The notes below the pieces were generated by a model. The model was not told the DNA's origin. It was given only the letters and a program-made list of their open reading frames with translations, and searched no databases. DNA of 48,048 bases, taken from positions 434,001 to 482,048 of the forward strand of contig CAZCME010000002.1 of NCBI GenBank assembly GCA_964499705.1, given 5' to 3'. This DNA comes from an uncultured bacterium. Its GTDB lineage: Bacteria; UBA8481. Position 1 is the stretch's first letter, and every line of letters starts with the position of its first letter. Below are positions 1 through 7,803 of the stretch, piece after piece. A program made the position numbers and the translations under genes.

Positions 1-103
1 AGCAGGCGATCGCGCGGAGCACCACGTATTCGCGGTGATGCTGACGGTCCGCCTTCCCTTTTCGCTCCGGCGGCGTATTGGCTCCTGCTCCTAGGTCGGT
101 CAT
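1..103 (-). CDS. 5' end of a gene running off the left edge (MTDLGAGANTPPERKGKADRQHHREYVVLRAIAC...), possibly an acyltransferase_3-type membrane protein
   Basis: ATG at 103-101, 2 nt after the stop of the primase-like gene; frame is open to the edge. VLRAIAC weakly resembles the N-terminal LR-x-I-A motif of OafA/acyltransferase_3 proteins. Confidence 0.35.
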   Translation of the reverse strand, partial: MTDLGAGANTPPERKGKADRQHHREYVVLRAIAC

Positions 104-105
104 GT

Positions 106-1503
106 TCAGCGATAATCCCCCAGAGAATAGCCGCAGAACGGCCGGAGGCAATATCCTTTCTGCTGGTGGCTGATGCAATTGTGGTCGAGGTGCTGATCCA
201 GACCCGTCCAGATCTGGCCGGCGAAGAGACGGATGTAGAAATCGGCGCGCGTCGTGGCGTCGTATTTCTGCCAGCCCCCTTCCCAACCGTAAGGACGCTC
301 GAACTTGGACCGGACCAGGCCCGCGATGTGCTTCGGGTGCCAGCCGATGCCCATCAGGGTGCGGGTGAGCGCCTGGAGATTGGTGGGCTTCAGGAGATGC
401 GGATTCGGCTGCTGCAGGGCGAAGGCCACGCAGGGAGGAATCGTGCGGAGATCGAACTTATCGTAGGTGCGGGGCCACACGTTCCAGGGATCGTGCTCGG
501 TGGAATCGAAGTAGCGGTGAAATTCGAAGAGCCTGCTCTTGCGGTATTCGTCGATGAGGTTCAGGAATCCGGCGTTGGCGCTCGGGATCTTCATCGGCCC
601 GCTCGCGGCCGCCCATTCTGATGTCAGCTGAAAGTGCCGGCGCATCTCCAGCCGGTCCTTCAGGGACAGTTCACCCGTCGGAATACAGGTCTGCACGGGA
701 ATGTTCCGGGCGATCTCATCGCCGACCTTGTGTCGCATCACCTTGTGTTTCTGATGCGTGGAAAATGCGGTGCGGACATCGCGCATGTGGATGGGATCTC
801 CGTACATGGAGAGGTCCACGGAGATCGCTTCGCGGCCCCGCTTGGAACGGCCTACGGCCACATCCGTCGTGACGATGGGAATGGAGGACTGGCTGCACGC
901 GTCGCGGATCGCGTCCTGGGAGAGGAATTCCATCAGACGCCCCATCGCGTCGAAGGACTGGCCGTGCGATCGGGAGACGGGGCGCGACCTGCGGCCCTTG
1001 GGATGAGCGTATTTTCCCGCGACCGAGTCGTTGACGCGCCCGAGAGAAATCAGCTCCGCGTCCGCTGCGGAATTGCGGACCACGCGAGTCGTGAAGTGGT
1101 ATCCTTGGCCCGTCATGATCTCCACGAAGGGGATCTCATACCGCTGGAAGGCGCTCTTCAGCGCATACCGGATCGGCTCGATGAGCTCAAAGCAGCGCCC
1201 CGGATTGAGATACGTTTCACCGCCGAAATCCATGTTGAAGTATTCGATGTCGATGATGCCAAGTGTGGATGCGCGGTCCCAGTTGGAGCGGAAGATATCG
1301 AGCCCCTTGTCGAGAATCCAGTGGAAGTCGGATTTGCTGACGGACTCGTATTCGGAAGGTTTGCCGTCCCAGACGAGCGATTCGCCGTAACCGACGAGGT
1401 ATTCCGCCGTGAATTGGTCCGGCTGGTCCGCTGTCCCGCCGCAATATTCGGCGATGCGGTTCCGGACGTCGCTGTTCTGGTAGTATTCCACCTGGTTTAA
1501 CAC
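106..1503 (-). CDS. Putative archaeo-eukaryotic primase-like protein: AEP catalytic domain fused to a PriL-like 4-Cys (Fe-S) C-terminal domain
   Basis: Likely GTG start at 1503 with AAGGA upstream; the longer ORF start at 1827 overlaps the divergent gene. Motifs: IIDIEY (motif I, DxE), MTGQGYH (motif II), VDLSMY and RDVRTAFSTHQK (motif III region), then IPPC ... HNC-x8-C-x4-C at the C-terminus. Confidence 0.65.
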   Translation of the reverse strand: MLNQVEYYQNSDVRNRIAEYCGGTADQPDQFTAEYLVGYGESLVWDGKPSEYESVSKSDFHWILDKGLDIFRSNWDRASTLGIIDIEYFNMDFGGETYLNPGRCFELIEPIRYALKSAFQRYEIPFVEIMTGQGYHFTTRVVRNSAADAELISLGRVNDSVAGKYAHPKGRRSRPVSRSHGQSFDAMGRLMEFLSQDAIRDACSQSSIPIVTTDVAVGRSKRGREAISVDLSMYGDPIHMRDVRTAFSTHQKHKVMRHKVGDEIARNIPVQTCIPTGELSLKDRLEMRRHFQLTSEWAAASGPMKIPSANAGFLNLIDEYRKSRLFEFHRYFDSTEHDPWNVWPRTYDKFDLRTIPPCVAFALQQPNPHLLKPTNLQALTRTLMGIGWHPKHIAGLVRSKFERPYGWEGGWQKYDATTRADFYIRLFAGQIWTGLDQHLDHNCISHQQKGYCLRPFCGYSLGDYR

Positions 1504-1585
1504 GTGTTCAGTTTCATCCTTGCGCCATGGAGCGTCAAGCGAATTGGAGCGAAACGGAGGGACGAATGGAATACGCTGAGAGGAA

Positions 1586-2317
1586 ATGTCCGCTGAAGTG
1601 ATGAATGTTCTCGATGATTTTTTCAAGGCGAGGCGCGACGTTCCGTGTCGCCTGGCATTTTCCGGTGGAACCGACAGCACGATGCTCGCCCTTGCCGCGG
1701 GCACTTCATGCAGATTGTTCGTCCTGGCGACCGATCGGGGCGGCCGCGATCTCGCGGGATGCAGACGCACCGCGGAACTGATGGGGCTCGCCTGTGACGC
1801 GGTTGTCGTGACGCTTCCGGACATCATCGTCCTGATCGAGTCGCATCGCGAAATCCTTTCTGGATTGCAGGATTACACGCAGAGAATCCTCGCGGTCTGC
1901 GAGCTGTTCCTCTGCCGCGAGGCGTTTCGGACTGGAAGTAAGCTGGTGGCAGGACATGGCCCGGAGGCGATCTTCGGAGGATTCCGCCGCCGCGCGGCAC
2001 CTTCGTTAGATGAGCTCGATGAAATATCGCGCGAATCGAACGTCAACGCCGCGCGATTGCGGATCGTGGCGCGGGAATCGGGCTGCGAGATCCTTCTTCC
2101 CTTCTTCGAATCGGATGTGTGGAACTCTCTGCTGGATGCGCGACGGAAGGGACTCGATCGGGTCGGCATGGTACGCGGCCGATTGCCGGATTACCAGCCG
2201 TTGCAGCAGAAAGCGGCTCTGCAGAACGGTTCGGGCATCCATTACCTCTTCGCGCGGGAAGCGCGGCGCCGGAAATTTTCCTATGTCCGCGACTTCATGG
2301 AGGAACTCATCAGGTGA
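1586..2317 (+). CDS. Asparagine-synthase-like N-type ATP pyrophosphatase (synthetase domain only, no glutaminase domain)
   Basis: PP-loop AFSGGTDS; GHGPEAIFGG resembles G-x-G-A-D-E-x-F-G-G; LLPFF; KAALQNGSGI resembles the K-x-A-x-Q-x-G-S-G of short AsnB-like proteins. GAGG lies upstream of the ATG. Confidence 0.75.
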   Translation: MSAEVMNVLDDFFKARRDVPCRLAFSGGTDSTMLALAAGTSCRLFVLATDRGGRDLAGCRRTAELMGLACDAVVVTLPDIIVLIESHREILSGLQDYTQRILAVCELFLCREAFRTGSKLVAGHGPEAIFGGFRRRAAPSLDELDEISRESNVNAARLRIVARESGCEILLPFFESDVWNSLLDARRKGLDRVGMVRGRLPDYQPLQQKAALQNGSGIHYLFAREARRRKFSYVRDFMEELIR

Positions 2318-3666
2318 GGCCGTCATCGGGCGTCACGCCCGTCACGATCTTCACGCAACCATACGCCTGCGGCGGAAACTGCCTCTTCTGTCCGACCGTT
2401 CCCGAGATCCCGAAAAGTTATCTCCCGCATTCCGACGTCCGGAAGAAAGGTCTATCGCACGATGCGGCCGGCCAGATGCGGCATTGGCTTTCCTTCATCG
2501 AATCCAGAGGCGGCATCGCGCGCAAGATCGAAGTCGTTGTGCTCGGAGGTTCGTTCACGGCTCATCCTCCGGAATACCAGCGCGAATTCCTGCGGGGAAT
2601 TTATCGGGGAGTTGACGGCGGCGAAGACGCGGGAGACCTCGAAGCATGCGTCGAGCGGCATGCCGCTGGATCGGGACGAAGAATCATCGGGATCACGGTC
2701 GAGACGAGACCGGACCTCGTGACGAGAGAGAGCATCGAGGCCTTGTTTGCGGCGGGGGTGACGAAGATCGAGCTGGGCGTCCAGAGCCTCGATGATGATG
2801 TTCTGGCGTTCAACGAGCGCGGCCACGGCGCCGCCGAGACGGCGCGAGCAACGGCGCTCATACGCGGATTCGGCCTGAAGGTCGGCTACCATGTGATGCT
2901 CGGACTGCCGGGATCGTCGACCGATACTGATCTCCGCACGATGTCGTCCGTTCTGCACGATCCGCTTCATTGTCCGGATCATCTCAAGATCTACTTCTGC
3001 GAAATGTTCCGCCGCGAGTTCATGCGGGACAGGCTTGTGATTCTCTATGATTCCGGGCAATGGTCTCCCCTCTCCTTGGAACAGAGACGAACGCTATTGC
3101 GGAACATACTGCCGAAAATCCCCGGATTCATGCGCGTCTCCCGGATCGGCCGCCAGACGAAGGAAGAGGAGATTGAAGGCATGCGGGTACGGACAGCCAA
3201 CGTGGAGGAGGAATTCGGCTGCCGTTGCATACGATGCCGGGAACCAAGGCCGACCGATCCGCTGACGGAAGGCTTTACGATCCGGGAGACGATCGTAACG
3301 GAGAATGAACTCTTCCTCGAAGCGCGGCCACGGAGCGACGACGCATCCGGATCATGGCGGGATGATGCTTGTCTTGGCGTGTTGCGTCTCCACCATGAAA
3401 ATGGAATTGCGACGGTGAGAGAGCTGCATGTCTACGGCGAGGAGTCGCCGCCCGGAAAGGCGGGACGTCACCAGCATCGAGGCGTAGGCCGCGCGCTCAT
3501 GGCGCATGTGGAATTCCGCTCCCGCGCTCATGGCATCGGGCTTATGAAAGTCTGCTGTGGAGTCGGCGTGCGTTCCTATTTTGAAAAGCTGGGATTTGCG
3601 ATCGGAAGAGGAGGATTCGCTTGCCGCAAAGTTGAACCGAAATGCACGGAAGAGCGGACGCCATGA
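2314..3666 (+). CDS. elp3: Elp3-family tRNA uridine(34) acetyltransferase/carboxymethyltransferase (radical SAM plus GNAT/KAT)
   Basis: GTG start overlaps the upstream TGA (GTGA), with GGAGGA upstream. SGVTPVTIFT..CGGNCLFCP..PKSY, GITVETRPD, ELGVQS, CRCIRCRE, VRELHVYG, QHRGVGRALM and GVGVRSYFEKLGF are all Elp3 signatures. Confidence 0.9.
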   Translation: MRPSSGVTPVTIFTQPYACGGNCLFCPTVPEIPKSYLPHSDVRKKGLSHDAAGQMRHWLSFIESRGGIARKIEVVVLGGSFTAHPPEYQREFLRGIYRGVDGGEDAGDLEACVERHAAGSGRRIIGITVETRPDLVTRESIEALFAAGVTKIELGVQSLDDDVLAFNERGHGAAETARATALIRGFGLKVGYHVMLGLPGSSTDTDLRTMSSVLHDPLHCPDHLKIYFCEMFRREFMRDRLVILYDSGQWSPLSLEQRRTLLRNILPKIPGFMRVSRIGRQTKEEEIEGMRVRTANVEEEFGCRCIRCREPRPTDPLTEGFTIRETIVTENELFLEARPRSDDASGSWRDDACLGVLRLHHENGIATVRELHVYGEESPPGKAGRHQHRGVGRALMAHVEFRSRAHGIGLMKVCCGVGVRSYFEKLGFAIGRGGFACRKVEPKCTEERTP

Positions 3667-4790
3667 AGCGACTTCTCCTTTGCGCTTTCCTCTCGCATGG
3701 AGCATTCACGCTGGTTTCCGCATCGCCGGTTGCGGCGGATACGCCCGCCGCGATCCATAGCGCGACCGAATTTCTTATCTCCAGCGCAGCTCCGGCGCAC
3801 ATGGACACAGCCACCTCCGGAGTTTATACCCGCATGCAGGCTCTCCCCGGCGTGTTGATCGGATCGGGTTATCACGAGCATATCGGTCCGAACGGACACT
3901 GGCGGCTCGGCTATCCGATGGCGATGGAGGAATGGGGAGCGCGATTCGGATCGTTGCCGGCGTGTTTCGAGTTCGAACTCGGGGAGCATCGCAGGAAGGC
4001 GTGCGAACGCGATTGGTTCTCGGCGCGGATCTTCGCGCGTCAGGGCGGCCTCCCCGTTTTCGCGTTGGTGATGAACAACATGTCCGTCCCCTTTGAGCTT
4101 CATCAATCGGGCAGCGCATGGGACCGACGCAACGGCCTTTTTCCAGTTCTCCCGGGAGGAGACGCTCACGATTCCTTCGTGCGCTATATCAGAACGCTTG
4201 CCGGGGAGTTTCGCGCGTTTGGACACCCATGCCTCTTCAGGCCGTTTCATGAGATGAACGGGACATGGTTCTGGTGGTGCGGCAATCCGGATGGTTATCG
4301 CGTTCTATGGTGGAAGATATTCGACATTTTCCGGCAGGAAGGCATCCGCAACGTGATCTGGTGCTGGAATCCCGACTGGGGGCGAACGTTGCCGGGCGGA
4401 ATCGAATCCTCGATCGATTATTATCCCGGCGACACCTATGTCGATGTTCTGGCCGCGGATATCTACTGCAACGAATCCGTATTTCCTTCATACGGCGAGG
4501 AAGTTGTTCGATTTCTCAACGGTATTGCTCCGACCAAACCGATTTTCCTCGGAGAATTCGGTCCCGTCGCGCGCGCGGATTTCTGGGGATCCTTTCCCGA
4601 CCGGATCCGGTTGCTGCCGCGGATCAGGGGCATCATGCTCTGGATGGGCCGCGGATGGGATTCCTGGGGGAGCGATCCTGAAAGAGGTTCGCTCATCGAC
4701 GAGACGACGCCCGATGATATTCGCGAGGCTTTCCGGAATTTCCTCGATGCGGATTCGAGCATCACTCTGGATGAATGGACGCATCGATGA
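3663..4790 (+). CDS. Secreted glycoside hydrolase family 26 (beta-mannanase-like)
   Basis: ATGA overlap with the elp3 stop; signal peptide MKRLLLCAFL..; FRPFHEMNGTWFWW (acid/base Glu), YYPGDTYVDVLAADIY, KPIFLGEFG (nucleophile Glu). Confidence 0.85.
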   Translation: MKRLLLCAFLSHGAFTLVSASPVAADTPAAIHSATEFLISSAAPAHMDTATSGVYTRMQALPGVLIGSGYHEHIGPNGHWRLGYPMAMEEWGARFGSLPACFEFELGEHRRKACERDWFSARIFARQGGLPVFALVMNNMSVPFELHQSGSAWDRRNGLFPVLPGGDAHDSFVRYIRTLAGEFRAFGHPCLFRPFHEMNGTWFWWCGNPDGYRVLWWKIFDIFRQEGIRNVIWCWNPDWGRTLPGGIESSIDYYPGDTYVDVLAADIYCNESVFPSYGEEVVRFLNGIAPTKPIFLGEFGPVARADFWGSFPDRIRLLPRIRGIMLWMGRGWDSWGSDPERGSLIDETTPDDIREAFRNFLDADSSITLDEWTHR

Positions 4791-6421
4791 TGCGTCATTC
4801 CCAGGCCCTGTCATTTCTCATGGCGCTCCTGCTCGGTTGCGGAGCTTCTTCATCGAGAGAGGGGAACGAGACATCAACGGTCGTTGGAGAACCGGGCCGC
4901 GTGCCGGTCGAGACACCTTTCCGAGGAGGCGACCAGGCGGACGATTCCGATCGAGCGCAGGCGCCATGGGGCGTTCCTTTCGGCATCAATAATGCCTTTG
5001 CAAGCTCGCGGGACAGCACCTATGTCTACCTGAGAGACCTGGGCATCGAGTGGATTTCGGATCACCTCGCGCGGCGCCGCATGGAAAAAGTGAAAGACGG
5101 CGAGGTGAAATATGATTTTTCCGAGGCGGACGCCAAGGTGAATGAATACACGCGCCAAGGCCGGGCGCGCGCATGGTACATCGTCAATATCGAGTCGAAA
5201 TACCGGTTTGAAGACGGCATCGAGGTCGGCGACGGTCGTAAAAGCGCCGGAAAATTCCTGCCCCATGGTCCGGTTTCCTACCGCGCCTACGGCGATTTCC
5301 TGCGCGCGCTTGTGAAGCGCGTCAATGGCGCGGTGCCGGGGCGGAAGGTCGAGCTCTGGAGTATCGATAATGAACAGGCGAGCTTGTATGTGCCGGCATT
5401 CTGCTCCTCGGGCCTGACCCGCGAACGCGGCGAGCAGGCCGCCGGAGCATACGCCGAAGTTCTGATTTATTCGGCGCGCGTCATCCATGAGGTGGACTCC
5501 CAGGCCCGCATCGTTTTCGGCGGGCCGGGCGGCGGAACTCCGGATGAAGAGTACGAATATTTCTACGGTCCCGCGTTAAGAATTCTCGCGTCCCGCATCC
5601 CGGGAGGCGGCTTTGATTTCTTCGACTTTCACAACTTCAATGTTCATCAGGACTACCGGACCAATCCCAGAGGCAAGGGGCTTGATTTCTTCCGCAAGAT
5701 ACTGGCCGACGCCGGCTTGCCGGGAAAACCGATCATCATAAAGGCCGGGGCCACCCATTCGGGACTGGATCGGAACGCTGAAAACAAACGTCTGCATATT
5801 TTCCAGACCGAGGCCCAGCAGGCGGAGCACCTCATCAAGAGATTCGTCTACCACGTTGCCGACGGAGTGCCCCTGATTCTCTGGGGGGACATTCGCGAAG
5901 ACGACGTCGAACACGGCGCCTACAGCCATAACGGGCTCGTGTACAACGGATCCCCGCGTTCCGGCCGATGCGAATCCGAGTCCGAGAACCCGTGCCCGGA
6001 TCCGGGAGACGGAGTCAGAAAACTCTCGTATTTCGCGCTCAAGCACCTGATCGAAAAACTCAAGGGATCGGTCTGGGAGAGAACCGAAGCGATCCCGGCC
6101 GGTTCCGATGACGTGAGGATCTACAAATTTCTCGACACCCGAAACCGACCGACCTGGATCGCATGGTATGACTACTGGAAAAGCGGACAGTCCTCGAGGA
6201 CCGTGATCCTCGAAGTCGGCGAGGCGGAATCCGCGCTCGTCACCGAATCTTTGCCGCGAGAAAGCGAGGGCGCGAAGATCATACCCGCGCGATACAAGGA
6301 CTCCTTCTCTCGAACAACTCTCCCCGTGGCAGATGGCAAGATCACGATTTCACTGGGCAAGTCACCGGTATTCGTTCAGCCGATTGATGGATCGTCCGAA
6401 TCCGGGATTCCGGGCAGGTAA
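4787..6421 (+). CDS. Lipoprotein with a GH-A-clan (GH39/GH5-like) TIM barrel, probably catalytically degenerate
   Basis: ATGA overlap; lipobox LLLGC; WSIDNEQ, FDFFDFHNF, TEAQQAEHLIKRFV, GVRKLSYFALK. The expected PIWITE nucleophile motif reads PIIIKA. Confidence 0.65.
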   Translation: MMRHSQALSFLMALLLGCGASSSREGNETSTVVGEPGRVPVETPFRGGDQADDSDRAQAPWGVPFGINNAFASSRDSTYVYLRDLGIEWISDHLARRRMEKVKDGEVKYDFSEADAKVNEYTRQGRARAWYIVNIESKYRFEDGIEVGDGRKSAGKFLPHGPVSYRAYGDFLRALVKRVNGAVPGRKVELWSIDNEQASLYVPAFCSSGLTRERGEQAAGAYAEVLIYSARVIHEVDSQARIVFGGPGGGTPDEEYEYFYGPALRILASRIPGGGFDFFDFHNFNVHQDYRTNPRGKGLDFFRKILADAGLPGKPIIIKAGATHSGLDRNAENKRLHIFQTEAQQAEHLIKRFVYHVADGVPLILWGDIREDDVEHGAYSHNGLVYNGSPRSGRCESESENPCPDPGDGVRKLSYFALKHLIEKLKGSVWERTEAIPAGSDDVRIYKFLDTRNRPTWIAWYDYWKSGQSSRTVILEVGEAESALVTESLPRESEGAKIIPARYKDSFSRTTLPVADGKITISLGKSPVFVQPIDGSSESGIPGR

Positions 6422-6451
6422 ACCTTCGGTTCCATGCGCGCGAGCTTGACG

Positions 6452-7648
6452 TCAGGGCCGCTCCACGCCGTGAAGGATCGGATGCCGGGCGGTGATCTTG
6501 GGAGCGACGGTATGCCGGTGCGGAGTGCGGCAATAGACGACGGCGCCGGCCACGTTCTTCACGCCGTACATCTCCTGAAATGAGCGGATTCCTCTGAGAT
6601 CGGAATCGCCGATCCGCTCCGCGAATTTCATCTCCGCCAGCCGATAGCGGCCTCCCTCATCGATGACGATGTCGACCTCGTGTCCGAGCCGATTCTGCCA
6701 GAACCAGAGCCGCGGCGTGACGCCGGCGGCAAGACCGGAGCGGAACACCTCGCCGAGGACGAACGTCTCCCACATCGCTCCGAGCAACGGCGATGCGAGG
6801 AGCTGGGAACGATTGCCGATGCCGTTGAGAAACGCGGCCAGACCCACGTCGAGAAAGTAGAGCTTGGGGGTTTTCACGAGGCGCTTGCCGAGGTTGCGAT
6901 GATAGGGCTCCAGGAGAAGAACCTGACCCGAGGCCTGCAGGACGGACGTCCACGCGCGGGCCGTGCTGACCGCGATTCCGACATCGCGCGCCATGTCCGC
7001 GTACGAAAGGAGCTGGCCGGTGCGCGCCGCGGCCGCGCGAAGGAACCGCTCGAAATCGCGAAGGTTGGCGACCTTGAGAATGTTCCGGATATCGCGCTCG
7101 AGGTAGGTCGCGAGATAACTGGAGAACCAGAGGTCGCGCGGAAGAGCATGCTGTTTCCAGAGCTCCGGAAATCCCCCGGTCACGAGAATGTCGAACTCGG
7201 ACGCCTTCCTCCGGCGGCGGATCTCGGCCGCGGACAACGACTGCAGATTCAGGATGGCGCAGCGCCCGGACAGGCTCTCGGAGACGCCCTGCATGAGCGG
7301 GAAGGTCTGCGAGCCGGTGAGGAGGAAAGTCCCCGGCTTCTTGTGGCGGTCGACGACGGGCTTGATGGCGCGAAAGAGCGAGGGCGCATACTGAACCTCG
7401 TCAATGATGACGGGAGAACCGATTCCCTCCAGAAAGAGCTCCGCGTTATCCTCCGCTTGCGCCGCCAGCGACGGGACATCCAGGGAAATGTAAGCGTGCT
7501 TCGGGTAGAAGCGTCTCAACAAGGATGTTTTCCCCGACTGCCTGGGCCCGGTCAGAAGAACGACCGGAAAATGGCGGACCGCCCTCGAGAGGATTTTGAT
7601 CGTGTCGCGATGGAACCAGTTCCCGATGATTTTAGTAGTCGTATCCAT
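6452..7648 (-). CDS. AAA+ ATPase (AAA_14/DUF4143 type) with wHTH and C-terminal PD-(D/E)xK-like domain
   Basis: Walker A GPRQSGKT, Walker B IIDEVQ, LTGS, GGFPE, YLERDIR, HTH-like YADMARDVGIAVSTARAW, PKLYFLDVGL, EVDIV...AEMK. Confidence 0.9.
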   Translation of the reverse strand: MDTTTKIIGNWFHRDTIKILSRAVRHFPVVLLTGPRQSGKTSLLRRFYPKHAYISLDVPSLAAQAEDNAELFLEGIGSPVIIDEVQYAPSLFRAIKPVVDRHKKPGTFLLTGSQTFPLMQGVSESLSGRCAILNLQSLSAAEIRRRRKASEFDILVTGGFPELWKQHALPRDLWFSSYLATYLERDIRNILKVANLRDFERFLRAAAARTGQLLSYADMARDVGIAVSTARAWTSVLQASGQVLLLEPYHRNLGKRLVKTPKLYFLDVGLAAFLNGIGNRSQLLASPLLGAMWETFVLGEVFRSGLAAGVTPRLWFWQNRLGHEVDIVIDEGGRYRLAEMKFAERIGDSDLRGIRSFQEMYGVKNVAGAVVYCRTPHRHTVAPKITARHPILHGVERP

Positions 7649-7687
7649 AGTGACTATTATACGATCCTATCGAATAATTGTCACTAT
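7647..7687 (-). promoter_or_regulatory. sigma70-type promoter of the AAA+ ATPase (GTGACA-N17-TATAAT, leaderless) inside a 41-bp palindrome (candidate operator)
   Basis: Minus strand: -35 GTGACA at 7684-7679, 17-nt spacer, -10 TATAAT at 7661-7656, ATG 7 nt downstream. Arms 7647-7665 and 7669-7687 pair at 17 of 19 positions. The segment is an AT-rich island. Confidence 0.7.
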
Positions 7688-7803
7688 CTAGTAATATAAA
7701 ATATATTCGTCCATAGTACGTATTATATGCAGGAGTTCGGGCGCACGCGCCGGCGCAGGATACCGCAGCGGCCGAGTCCCCGCTCTTCAACGCCGCGTGG
7801 AAA

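Noticed and set aside
1504-1827. N-terminal 108-aa extension of the 106..1827 ORF
   Set aside because: It overlaps the divergent AsnB-like gene and looks non-protein-like; GTG 1503 with an upstream AAGGA is the better start.
2119-2313. Upstream extension of the Elp3 ORF
   Set aside because: It lies inside the AsnB-like CDS; homology begins at GTG 2314, which has an RBS.
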